Source: an uncultured candidate division Zixibacteria bacterium (GTDB taxonomy: Bacteria; Zixibacteria; MSB-5A5; GN15; PGXB01). Taken from it: 64,000 bases of DNA. Both the position numbers and the translations under genes were made by a program. The notes under the pieces were generated by a model. That model was not told the DNA's origin and did no database searches. It saw nothing but the letters and a program-made list of their open reading frames with translations. The DNA lies in contig OY969724.1 of assembly GCA_963702205.1 (NCBI GenBank), positions 32,001-96,000 on the forward strand, read 5' to 3'. This document shows positions 31,849 through 41,647 of this stretch, piece after piece (position 1 is the stretch's first letter; the number at the start of each line of letters is the position of its first letter).

Positions 31849-32346
31849 ATGAATAAAAATCAGGTTGAAAATTTCAGGAAAATACTCAGGCAGATCCAGA
31901 GAGAAATAATGGAATTATTCAAGAATGATGCCCAATGCTGCGGTATAAGCCTTGCCCAGTGTCATGCAATGATAGAGCTGGGTAATTCGGACAAGACTGC
32001 GATTTCAACCCTTGCAAATGAACTGGGGCTGGACAAAAGCACTTTAAGCCGCACCATAGACAGCCTTGTCCAGCAGTGCCTTGTTCTGAGGAACATAAAT
32101 GATGATGACAGGCGTTTTATGACCATCGAGTTATCAACCGAAGGAAAAAAATTTAATAAATTACTGAATGAAAGATACAACAGGATTTTCAGTGAAGCCA
32201 TGAAAGATATACCCGGAGAGAACCAGGAACGGCTTCTGGAAGACATGGAATTATTTCTCATGATTTTAAACAGGATCAAACAGAACGGGTTACTGAATCA
32301 AACTGATTGCTGTAATTTTTCAAACGAAAATCAAGAGGTAGAGTAG
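31849..32346 (+). CDS. MarR-family regulator, Cys-rich
   Basis: LANELGLDKSTLSRTIDSL HTH, DDRR wing, QCCG..AQCH and DCC; AGGAG RBS. Confidence 0.9.
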   Translation: MNKNQVENFRKILRQIQREIMELFKNDAQCCGISLAQCHAMIELGNSDKTAISTLANELGLDKSTLSRTIDSLVQQCLVLRNINDDDRRFMTIELSTEGKKFNKLLNERYNRIFSEAMKDIPGENQERLLEDMELFLMILNRIKQNGLLNQTDCCNFSNENQEVE

Positions 32347-32347
32347 C

Positions 32348-33412
32348 ATGTTAAATGATCAGGGTTTACGTACAATAGAACAGATTTCATGCTGTGCAGA
32401 CTCTAAAGATTTAGAACAACAGGAATGGATGACGGGTTTCATTACTACCCCTCCCGGAAAAGTACCGGTTGCATCAACCGAATTGTCCCGGAAGGATATA
32501 ACCGGTCGATGGAAGGCCAGGTGGGGTATTGGAAGAATGAAGTATACCATAGAGCCCGGATTATATGCCGTCGGCAATCCCGATTCTTCATCTCCTGTTT
32601 TTGTCTCTGCCAATTACAAGATGTCATTCGACTTCCTGCGAAAAGATCTTAAAGGTATAAACGGATGGATACTGGTCCTGGATACAAAGGGCATTAATGT
32701 ATGGTGCGCGGCAGGAAAAGGCACCTTTGGCACGGATGAGATCATAAGGCGTGTTGCCATGGTGCGCCTCGGGGAAGTTGTCAAACATCGGGAACTGATT
32801 CTCCCGCAACTGGGGGCGCCGGGCGTGGCTGCGCACAGGGTAAAAAAGGCAAGCGGTTTCAGTGTCAGCTACGGGCCTGTTCTTTCAAGGGATATAGGAA
32901 CGTATCTTTCAAATAATAGAAAAGCCACGAAAAATATGAGGCGAGTTTCCTTTACTATTAAGGACCGTGCGGCGTTGATACCCATGGAACTTATTCCATC
33001 TTTTAAATTACTGCCATACATATTTTTTTTAATAATTGCTATTCAGTTAATAGGGTATGGATATTTTGCCGCAAAGGACCTCTTGCTGTTTCTACCTTTT
33101 ATAGGTGCAATACTCATGGGGACCGTGGTCTTTCAATTATTACTTCCATGGATACCTTTCAGGTCTTTTGTTATCAAGGGGTGGATACTTGGCCTGCTCT
33201 GGAGTCTTGTTGTAGCCACCGGCATGGTCTTTGAAAACTGGCAGAGTACAGGGTGGTACTTTCTGCTTCCGCCCATTACAGCATTCCTTGCCGAAAATTT
33301 TACCGGGTCAACGACATTTACACATTTATCCGGTGTAAAAATCGAACTTAAGTATGGATTGCCGGTTATGCTGGTTTCAGTTATAATCGGTATAATACTG
33401 CAATTTATTTAA
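32348..33412 (+). CDS. hgcA: Mercury-methylation corrinoid protein HgcA
   Basis: Cap-helix NVWCAAGKG, ANYKMSFD, ILPQLGAPGV, C-terminal TM helices with NFTGSTTFT; followed by hgcB. Confidence 0.96.
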   Translation: MLNDQGLRTIEQISCCADSKDLEQQEWMTGFITTPPGKVPVASTELSRKDITGRWKARWGIGRMKYTIEPGLYAVGNPDSSSPVFVSANYKMSFDFLRKDLKGINGWILVLDTKGINVWCAAGKGTFGTDEIIRRVAMVRLGEVVKHRELILPQLGAPGVAAHRVKKASGFSVSYGPVLSRDIGTYLSNNRKATKNMRRVSFTIKDRAALIPMELIPSFKLLPYIFFLIIAIQLIGYGYFAAKDLLLFLPFIGAILMGTVVFQLLLPWIPFRSFVIKGWILGLLWSLVVATGMVFENWQSTGWYFLLPPITAFLAENFTGSTTFTHLSGVKIELKYGLPVMLVSVIIGIILQFI

Positions 33413-33425
33413 AAGAGGCTTTGAT

Positions 33426-33731
33426 ATGAGACTTCTCAGCTATTTAAAAAACAATACACTCCTCCTGAATGAGGAAAAATGCATTGGATGCGGCGAATGC
33501 ATCGAAGTATGCCCGCACGAGGTATTTTCTCTGGAGGGAAAAAAAGCGCGAATTGCAAATAAAGGATATTGCATGGAATGCGGGGCATGCCAGAAAAACT
33601 GCCCGGTTGAAGCAATCAGTGTCGATGCAGGAGTGGGATGTGCCTCGGCCGTTATCACCGGGATGCTTACAGGTTCGGAACCGACATGCGGATGCTCGAC
33701 AGATGGTAACAAAAATTCAGGCTGCTGTTAA
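33426..33731 (+). CDS. hgcB: Mercury-methylation ferredoxin HgcB
   Basis: Two CxxCxxCxxxCP motifs including CMECGAC, GVGCA and C-terminal CC. Confidence 0.96.
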   Translation: MRLLSYLKNNTLLLNEEKCIGCGECIEVCPHEVFSLEGKKARIANKGYCMECGACQKNCPVEAISVDAGVGCASAVITGMLTGSEPTCGCSTDGNKNSGCC

Positions 33732-33762
33732 TAAGTGCCCATGTCAGAAAAAGGAGTATATA

Positions 33763-34128
33763 ATGGATAGACGCAAAGAAATTATCAGGGAATACAAGGA
33801 AAACCCGCCGCCTGCCGGAATATTCAGGATGACCAATACCGCCAATGGTAAAATTCTTATAGGTAAAGGATTGAACGTGCAGGGTAAGATCAACAGCAAC
33901 CTTGCCCAGTTAAAGTTTGGGGGCCACAGAAACAAGGAACTGCAGCAGGACTGGAAAAAATATGGCTCGGACGCCTTTTCCTTTGAGGTGCTGGATTATC
34001 TTAAAGAAGATCCGGTCCATCCGGAAAGACAGGCAGATGAACTGGCGGCACTCGAGGAATTATGGCTGGACAAGCTAAAACCCTATGGTGAAAAGGGCTA
34101 TAATAAAGAGATCATCCCACTTGCATAA
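33763..34128 (+). CDS. Small GIY-YIG-like protein
   Basis: PAGIFRMTNTANGKILIG, HRNKELQQDW..YG..AFSFEVL; AAGGAG RBS. Confidence 0.75.
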   Translation: MDRRKEIIREYKENPPPAGIFRMTNTANGKILIGKGLNVQGKINSNLAQLKFGGHRNKELQQDWKKYGSDAFSFEVLDYLKEDPVHPERQADELAALEELWLDKLKPYGEKGYNKEIIPLA

Positions 34129-34419
34129 GGACTGAGATAGTCAGTTTAATCCAACCATAACAGGATGATTCAGCTCGGTTGAGATCTCAAAGGCTCTTGA
34201 GAAGGTCAAGCAGAATATCGAATCTTATCCTATTCCATGATTCGCATTTAAGGGTCTGCCTGACTCCCTTAAACCACTAAATAAGATTTGAATCTTCTGG
34301 TGGGCTTTTTCCCTGGTCTCATCCTTGTATTAAATCGCTTTTTCAGGTAATTATTCCTAAAAAACATAATTAAGTATAATATACTTGGTTTATTTTGTTA
34401 TTTTAGTACTATTTACCAC

Positions 34420-35879
34420 ATGAATATTTCACCTCAAGATATATTATCGGTTCTTCGCCAGTACAATCCCTGGTGGTCCAGCACGCTGATCCAGGATCTT
34501 CCGCGGTGGCGCAGGGCAGCCTACAATGAAATAGATTTATGGTTACGTCATCCGCCTGCCCGTCGCGCTCTGCTTGTAAGCGGTGCCCGCCAGGTTGGCA
34601 AGACCACCCTTTTACTGCAAGCATGCGAGTCGCTGGTAGCAGATGGCACGCCGCCTCAAAATATACTGTATGCAACATTTGACCATCCTCTGCTCAAACT
34701 TGCCGGTCTGGACCAGGTGCTCAAACTCTGGCGTGAGTATGAGCCGGCGCAGGAGGGGACAGAATTTTTATTTTTGGATGAGATTCAGTTCATTCGCGAT
34801 TGGCAGGTCTGGCTCAAACATCAGGTTGATTTTGGAAAAAACGCCGCATCACTGTAACCGGCTCCGCTATGCCGCTGGTGACCGCCGGGCAAGAATCCGG
34901 TGTGGGGCGATGGCATACGATAAAACTGGCGACTCTTTCTTTCTTTGAGTTTCTCCAGATCAAAAAAATATCAGTTCCGGATCTTCCGGAAGTAAATTCA
35001 TTAACTCAACTTTTTTCCTGGACACCGGCTCAGTTCAACCGGGTTGGCGAACTCGCCCGCCCATTGGTGGGCTATTTCCATGATTATCTCCTGCGTGGCG
35101 GTTTTCCACAGAGCGCGCTTGTTCCCACAGTCGAAACGGCTCAGAAACTTTTACGCGAAGATATTGTGGACAAGGTCCTGAAACGTGACATGACAGCGTT
35201 GTTTGGAGTGAGGCGGGTTCTTGAATTGGAGCAGACTTTCCTTTACCTTTGTCTTCATGACGGCGGAATGCTTGATATGTCTGATCTTTGCAAAAATCTG
35301 GAAGTCAAAAAACCTACTGCTACAAACTTCATCAATCTTTTAGAAGCTACCCATCTGATTCATCGTCTTGCACCGCATGGTTACGGCAAGGAAATATTGC
35401 GAGCCCGGTATAAAATCTACATGGCGGATGCAGCCATCAGCGCAAGCGTATTGCTCAAGGGCAAATCAATGCTGGAAGACGAAACCGCCCTGGAAAGAGC
35501 AGTGGAAACCGCATTTTTCAAGCACGTTTTCACACGCTACTATAACGTTAGCGTTGGGTTCAGCTATTGGCGGGGCAAAAAGAACGAAGAAGTTGATATT
35601 GTCGCCCAGGTGCAGGGTCGCACTATTCCATTCGAAGTAAAATATCGTTATCAAAAAACAGGGCTTGGAGAACTGAAGGGTCTGGCCGCTTTTTGCAGTC
35701 AGAAGAAAATTGAGCGCGGCTATGTAATCACCAGGGAAATGAACGACTTCAGTCTTCTGCCGGTCAATCAGTCCCCTGTCAAGACAGTACTTTTAAAGGT
35801 TCCTGCCCCACTGGCCTGTTACTGGCTTGGTAGATCCGAATTGAAGCCCATTGAATTTTCCGAGGCGGCTGCCGAATAA
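34420..35879 (+). CDS. AAA ATPase (AAA_14 plus DUF4143 type), frameshifted near 34840
   Basis: Walker A GARQVGKT, Walker B FLDEIQ, GGFP, EVDIV..PFEVK nuclease-like tail; one A missing in an A run. Confidence 0.85.
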
Positions 35880-36175
35880 TCTATAGTAAAGCGAGTCGGG
35901 CCAGGGAAGGCGGTTAGGATAGGCAAGGGAAATGCTGGAGGTCGAAAATCAGAAGTCGGGGGCAGGGTTAAAAAAACAGGCTGCCGTCTTGGCCAAAGGC
36001 TATGTCGTGCCAAGAAAGCGGTTCATCCTGTGGGGCCGGACCGGAAAGTAAGGGCCTTACAGCCTGGATGAAAGGTTCCCTCACAATTCCTCTTGACTTA
36101 AATCCTGCCCTGCTCTATAGATTGCTGCCCGATTTTGAGTTGGAGCTATATTTCTAATTGTTGAGGTAAGGTATC

Positions 36176-36547
36176 GTGTATAACCCGTGCTTGACTTGCG
36201 GTGCCTGCTGTGCCTTGTTTCGCGCGTCCTTTTACTGGGCGGAAACATCCGAATGCACCCCGGGAGGAGTCCCGGTAGAATTGACTGTTAAAATAAACGA
36301 TTTTTTAGTAGCCATGAAAGGATCAGAAAAGATCCCTCCCCGCTGTGACTGTCTTATCGGGGAAATAGGCGACAGGGTCTATTGTAAAATATATGAAAAC
36401 CGGTCTTCGATCTGCCGTGAATTCAAGCCTACCTGGGAAGATGATCAACCTTCACCAAGATGTGATCAGGCCCGCATTACCTGGGGTTTACTGCCCCTTA
36501 CACCTGACTCCTGGATGACCCCGGCAGGATTTCCAAAGGCAGCATAA
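36176..36547 (+). CDS. YkgJ-family cysteine-cluster protein
   Basis: CLTCGACC and [14 protein letters not shown]. Confidence 0.88.
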   Translation: MYNPCLTCGACCALFRASFYWAETSECTPGGVPVELTVKINDFLVAMKGSEKIPPRCDCLIGEIGDRVYCKIYENRSSICREFKPTWEDDQPSPRCDQARITWGLLPLTPDSWMTPAGFPKAA

Positions 36548-36726
36548 TCCCTGGTTTCCCATGAAATATAAATGCCTTGACACATAGCTGGATTTTCCAT
36601 ATATCTTGATCACCGGAAACAATTAATTTATATGCTATTTTTTACAGTTTGTTCTATTAAAACGGGATATACAGAGGCCACATTTATTAATGTGTCAACC
36701 TAAAAAGTTTCAGATAAAAGGAGATT

Positions 36727-37740
36727 ATGAATATGCTGACTAAAAGACAAAACCTGATAGAAACAATAAAAGGAGGAAATCCCGACAGGTTCGTAAACCA
36801 GTACGAGGCCCTCGTATGCCAGGATACCATGTTCGGCATGATCATGGGAGACCCTGTTACTGCAGGCAATCCTTCTGTTATGCCCGGAGGCCAGATTGTA
36901 AACGGATGGGGAGTCACCATCCAGTGGCCCGAAGGACTCCCCGGCCCGTTTCCCGTCCATGACGAAGAACATAAGGTTATCAAGGACATCACAAAATGGC
37001 GAGATGTCGTAAAGGCACCCAGGCTGGATTATCCCGCGTCAGACTGGGATCAATATAAACCGGGCATAGAAGCGATTGACAGAAACGAAGTATTTGCAAC
37101 GGTTTTTATAGCTCCCGGCGTCTTCGAGCAGACCCATTACCTTATGGGAGTTGATACATGTTGTATGAACCTGGTGATGGAGCCGGAAGCAATGAAGGAA
37201 CTGATTGACTACATCACGGAATGGGAACTTGGATACGCTGAGCTGCTTTGTGAACATTTCAAACCCGATGCAATATTCCATCATGATGACTGGGGCAGCC
37301 ACACTTCATCATTTATGTCTCCTGATATGTTCAACGAATTTTACGTGCCTGCCTACAAGAAGATCTATGGCTATTACAAGGAGCACGGTGTCGAACTTAT
37401 CGTGCATCACAGCGATTCTTATGCCGCAAATTTTGTACCCTATATGATTGAAATGGGAATTGATATCTGGCAGGGCTGCGTTACAACGAATAATGTCCCG
37501 GAACTGGTCAAAAAGTACGGCGGCCAGATTTCCTTTATGGGTGATATAGATAATGGTGTTATCGATCGTGAAAACTGGACCAGGGAAGTTATCGCAAAGG
37601 AAGTAAGGAGAGCATGTGAGACAAACGGCAAACTCTACTTTATTCCAAACGCAACCATGGGCGGCCCCATGAGTACCTATCCCGGTGTTTATGAGGCTGT
37701 TTCCGAAGAAATAGATAAGATGAGCAAGGAGATGTTTTAG
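36727..37740 (+). CDS. Uroporphyrinogen-decarboxylase-superfamily protein (corrinoid methyltransferase-like)
   Basis: HHDDWG, HHSDS, GIDIWQG, FMGDID motifs. Confidence 0.8.
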   Translation: MNMLTKRQNLIETIKGGNPDRFVNQYEALVCQDTMFGMIMGDPVTAGNPSVMPGGQIVNGWGVTIQWPEGLPGPFPVHDEEHKVIKDITKWRDVVKAPRLDYPASDWDQYKPGIEAIDRNEVFATVFIAPGVFEQTHYLMGVDTCCMNLVMEPEAMKELIDYITEWELGYAELLCEHFKPDAIFHHDDWGSHTSSFMSPDMFNEFYVPAYKKIYGYYKEHGVELIVHHSDSYAANFVPYMIEMGIDIWQGCVTTNNVPELVKKYGGQISFMGDIDNGVIDRENWTREVIAKEVRRACETNGKLYFIPNATMGGPMSTYPGVYEAVSEEIDKMSKEMF

Positions 37741-37765
37741 TCAGTCTCTCTTTTCTCTGTATTTT

Positions 37766-37803
37766 AAAAAAGGCCGGACTCTTTTAAAGAGCCCGGCCTT
37801 TTT
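37766..37803 (+). terminator. Intrinsic terminator
   Basis: AAAAAGGCCGG..CTCTTT/AAAGAG..CCGGCCTTTTT stem with T tail. Confidence 0.8.
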
Positions 37804-37911
37804 CATTCTGCTCCTTCTGTAATTTTTTTGTCAGGCAGTACTATCCTCTTGCATTTATCGTATTTATGTTTCAAATATATTATTACGTCTAGCTGTTATC
37901 GAGGAATAAAA

Positions 37912-38715
37912 ATGTATAATATAGAGCGGAACGATGTTGTTATCAAATCCTGGGCCGATCTTTGCGAAAGGATATATGAAGGTTCGTGGCAGGAAGATAT
38001 CATGCGCTTTCGTTCCAACTATGCATTCAGGGGACTATCCGACAGGGATTTCAAACTTTTGACCAGCTTTTCGCGCAACTGCGGAGACCTGGCACCCCTA
38101 GAATATCATCTGCTCAGGAGCTTCCGGAAATATGCCAGGCTCAATGATGTTGACATAGCAGCGGATTCCCACTGGCGCTGGCTGACCCTTGCACAGCATC
38201 ATGGCCTCCCTACAAGACTCCTTGACTGGACTTACTCTCCTTTTGTTGCACTTCACTATGCAACAATGGAAACTTCAAAATATGATAAGGACGGTATTAT
38301 CTGGAAAGTGGACTATGTTAAGGCAAACCGCTTACTTCCGGAACCGCTCATAGGCCAGCTTAAAAATGCAAATGCCCATGCGCTGACAGTGGGAATGCTC
38401 GAAAGGACTTTACCGGACATTAGAAGTTTTGATAAGTTATCCACGGAACTGCTTGTTGCATTTTTTGAACCGCCTTCGATAGACGCGAGGATAGTGAACC
38501 AGTTTGCGCTTTTTTCATTTATGTCAAACCCCGGCGCCGGAATGGAGGAATGGCTTGTAAAACATCCTGAACTTTTCAGGAGGATCATTATCCCCAGCAA
38601 ACTGAAATGGGAGATAAGGGACAAACTGGACCAGGCAAATATAACCGAAAGGATGCTCTTTCCGGGCCTGGACGGGCTTGCATCATGGCTTAAGAGATAT
38701 TATCAGCCCAGATAA
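37912..38715 (+). CDS. FRG-domain protein
   Basis: FRG motif and AQHHGLPTRLLDWT..PFVALHYA. Confidence 0.92.
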   Translation: MYNIERNDVVIKSWADLCERIYEGSWQEDIMRFRSNYAFRGLSDRDFKLLTSFSRNCGDLAPLEYHLLRSFRKYARLNDVDIAADSHWRWLTLAQHHGLPTRLLDWTYSPFVALHYATMETSKYDKDGIIWKVDYVKANRLLPEPLIGQLKNANAHALTVGMLERTLPDIRSFDKLSTELLVAFFEPPSIDARIVNQFALFSFMSNPGAGMEEWLVKHPELFRRIIIPSKLKWEIRDKLDQANITERMLFPGLDGLASWLKRYYQPR

Positions 38716-38759
38716 TTTTTAAAAAACCAATATTACAGGGAACAAGGGAATCAACAGAA

Positions 38760-39752
38760 ATGAATATTAATGACATCATAAAAAAATCGCATTCAGGCGA
38801 TATATTATCTCATAATGAACTCGTCCATCTGCTGGATCTTCCGCCTGACTCAATCGAAAGCCTTATGGTAATGGCTGAGGCGTCCAGAGTTTCAAAGGAA
38901 TTATCCGGAGGAAAGGCCGAAGTACATGCGCAGTTTGCTGTCAATCTTGCGCCTTGCCCGTGCGAATGCCTCTTCTGTTCCTTTGCCGGTGTGAACAGGA
39001 TATTCAGCGAAGCCACGGAACTCACCCATGAAGAGGCTGTAAATTATGCACTAAGGTTTGAGGCGGATGGTGCAAATGCGATTTTCATGATGTCCACCGC
39101 AAAATATCCATTTGAACGTTTTCTTGAGATATCCGGGGAAATCAGAAAAAATTTAAAACCTGAAACCATGATGATGGCAAATATCGGAGACCAGGATCTG
39201 AAAAATTCTATAAAGCTCAAAGATGCCGGTTTTATCGGGGTGTACCATGTTGTACGCCTGCGTGAGGGTATTGACACCGGCCTTCCTGTTGAGCAGAGAA
39301 TAAGGAGCATCAACAATTTTAAAGAAGCAGGTCTGAAGATAGGTACATGTGTCGAGCCAGTCGGACCTGAACACACCAATGAAGAACTTGCCGACATGAT
39401 AGAACTTACGGCATCCTTTGAACCTGCGTTCAGTGGCGCTGCGAGAAGAATACCCATTCCCGGAACAGAGATTTTAAAACGGGGAATGATCACCGAACTC
39501 AGGATGGCCCAGATAGTAGCGGTCACAAGGCTTGGAATGCCGAGAACTGTAACAGGCAACTGCACCCATGAACCCTGTACCCTGGGTGCAGTTGCCGGGG
39601 CGAATCTGTTCTGGGCGGAGGTCGGTGCAAATCCCAGGGATACAGAAGAAAAAACCGAAGAAGGCAGGGGGGAAACGGTTGAAAGCTGCCGGAAGATCTT
39701 CAAAGAAAGCCAGTGGGATGTATGGGACGGTCCGTCCCGGTATTTCAAATAG
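38760..39752 (+). CDS. Radical SAM protein, biotin-synthase-related
   Basis: CPCECLFC cluster motif, GANLFWAE.G.NPRD tail. Confidence 0.8.
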   Translation: MNINDIIKKSHSGDILSHNELVHLLDLPPDSIESLMVMAEASRVSKELSGGKAEVHAQFAVNLAPCPCECLFCSFAGVNRIFSEATELTHEEAVNYALRFEADGANAIFMMSTAKYPFERFLEISGEIRKNLKPETMMMANIGDQDLKNSIKLKDAGFIGVYHVVRLREGIDTGLPVEQRIRSINNFKEAGLKIGTCVEPVGPEHTNEELADMIELTASFEPAFSGAARRIPIPGTEILKRGMITELRMAQIVAVTRLGMPRTVTGNCTHEPCTLGAVAGANLFWAEVGANPRDTEEKTEEGRGETVESCRKIFKESQWDVWDGPSRYFK

Positions 39753-39804
39753 GGGTCAAAAAATTTCAGGTATTATCTTTGCATAAAATAAAACAGCAGG
39801 AGAC

Positions 39805-40200
39805 ATGATGAAAAAAATATTGATCTGTTTTGCGGCAGGATGCCTGGGTGCTCTGATAAACAGCCTGGCAGTATGGGCAGGTGGTCATTTTGGTATTGCA
39901 GGATCACTCGGCGTATCAATAGCGCCCGCATTAACTCCCCCCTGGCTTTATCCGCGAATCGTGTGGGGCGGCATATGGGGTTTTGTATTTCTTTTTCCGG
40001 TATTGAACTCAAAAGCGTTTGCAAAGGGAACACTTATAAGCCTGTTTCCCACTCTTATACAGCTCTTTGTGGTTTTTCCATATAAGGCACACAAGGGCAT
40101 GGCCGGCCTGGAGCTCGGGCTTCTTACCCCGATATTCGTGCTTGTCTATAACTGGATATGGGGAGTGGTTACATCCCTGACAATAAAGTTTTCGCGATAG
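39805..40200 (+). CDS. Hypothetical membrane protein
   Basis: Four hydrophobic segments; AGGAG RBS. Confidence 0.7.
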   Translation: MMKKILICFAAGCLGALINSLAVWAGGHFGIAGSLGVSIAPALTPPWLYPRIVWGGIWGFVFLFPVLNSKAFAKGTLISLFPTLIQLFVVFPYKAHKGMAGLELGLLTPIFVLVYNWIWGVVTSLTIKFSR

Positions 40201-40259
40201 GGTATTCAGGATCGAAATTGCCAATGCCATTAGAAAGGTTCTGGAGTTGTTACCCTGAT

Positions 40260-41066
40260 TCATTTTTTAATCACGGCCAGGGCCTTATCGATTGCCTGCT
40301 GGAAATCACTGTATGGTTTTGCACCGCGTATATATGAAATCCCCTTTACCTTATGCGGGTTCTCAGGATCAATTTTTGCTATGACAAACCCCGGAACGCT
40401 TGGTATATGCAGTTTGTCACCCAGGGAAATATTTTTATTCACCAGGCCTTCATATTTTTTTGAATCCATGCAGGCCTTGAATTTATTCATATCAAGATCA
40501 GCGAAAGATGCAATAGAGTTTATATCATTAATAGCCTGCTGCTCGAACATTATATCTTCATGCATTTCCCGGAATTTGCCCTGATCCGATGCGCAGTGGG
40601 CAGCTTCCGCAGCCCTGATTGCAGGCGTATCGCCAGGGAGCGGGTAATCAACAATAACATAACGCACCTTTCCTGTATCAATATAGTTCTTGACTATCTC
40701 GGGATAGGTTTCCTTTGTGAAAAGCGCACAATGAGGACATGAATAATCCGAAAACTGGACTATTATCAATCGGGCGGAATCGCTTCCCTGTATCAGATCG
40801 TTTCCAATATCGAATTCTACATCCTTGACTTCCGGATCAGGTGAACGGGTTTGCTGGCTTTGAAGCATCAGCTTCCGGAGTAATTCGCTATCCTTTTTAG
40901 CTGCCTCCTGCTCAACTGTAAGTTTATCAGTTTTTTTATCCTTATCTGTTGCAGCATCTTCTGCCAGTGCAATATACTGAAGGCTGAATATTATCAGTAT
41001 TACAGCGATAGCCGATTTCACCAACTTGGCACACATTACAAAATTCCTTTCAAATATCTTCACCAT
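40260..41066 (-). CDS. DsbA-family thiol oxidoreductase
   Basis: FSDYSCPHC, AAEAAHCA, VP cis-Pro, GAKPY; start uncertain. Confidence 0.85.
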   Translation of the reverse strand: MVKIFERNFVMCAKLVKSAIAVILIIFSLQYIALAEDAATDKDKKTDKLTVEQEAAKKDSELLRKLMLQSQQTRSPDPEVKDVEFDIGNDLIQGSDSARLIIVQFSDYSCPHCALFTKETYPEIVKNYIDTGKVRYVIVDYPLPGDTPAIRAAEAAHCASDQGKFREMHEDIMFEQQAINDINSIASFADLDMNKFKACMDSKKYEGLVNKNISLGDKLHIPSVPGFVIAKIDPENPHKVKGISYIRGAKPYSDFQQAIDKALAVIKK

Positions 41067-41174
41067 AAAGAGGCATGATTTAATTATCGCCTGTTAAGGC
41101 CCCTGAATCCGGTATTCCTGATATAATTACTATTACCGGGGATACTCTTTGTCAATCCTGAATCTTAAACTCAT

Positions 41175-41528
41175 GTATATGTTTTTGTGAAAAGGTCATC
41201 ACCTTCAGAGAAGTCCCAAATCAATTTCGGAGAATTGCATGATTGTTATTCCGGCTTATTTCGCCCTCAGCAGGCAAAGGGCATTGTTTTTCAGGATGGG
41301 ATCGTCTGATAACCGGCAACCAGGTATGCGGTGTTTTAATTTTTAAGGATCAATTGCACAGACATAATGTGCTCCTCTTATATTTCTCTGATCCTTAAAA
41401 ATAAAACACATGTATTGAGGGTATTCGATCCCGTCCTGAAAAATGATGCCCTTGCCGGACCAATGCCGTACCAACGTCCATGAAAGTTGCATATATAGTC
41501 TTTCACAACAGCAGCCGGTACAAAATTC
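41175..41528. repeat. Long inverted-repeat element, copy 2 (inverted, partial)
   Basis: Reverse complement aligns with 3742-4087, covering hairpin A and the left arm of hairpin B. Confidence 0.85.
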
Positions 41529-41647
41529 AGGTAATAATTTCCCTCATTTAAAAAAAAGGGTTTAAGCGGCAGCAAAGATATCGTAATATAGCCCGGCAGC
41601 TCGATTTCGAATAACATAACTTTATTGACAGGAAAGGCAGCATTGAC

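Noticed and set aside
33469..33762. N-terminal extension of the GIY-YIG ORF overlapping hgcB
   Set aside because: Out-of-frame shadow of hgcB; a good RBS precedes the ATG at 33763.
36022..36072. Stem-loop with GGACCGGAAAG resembling SRP RNA or a riboswitch
   Set aside because: It lacks the SRP CAGG...AGCAG internal loop, matches no riboswitch I recognise, and lies upstream of the likely promoter of the next gene.
3742..41528. Inverted repeat copies as the ends of a 37-kb transposon or tRNA-His island
   Set aside because: The enclosed segment includes adk, has no transposase or integrase, and I saw no duplicated tRNA 3' end.
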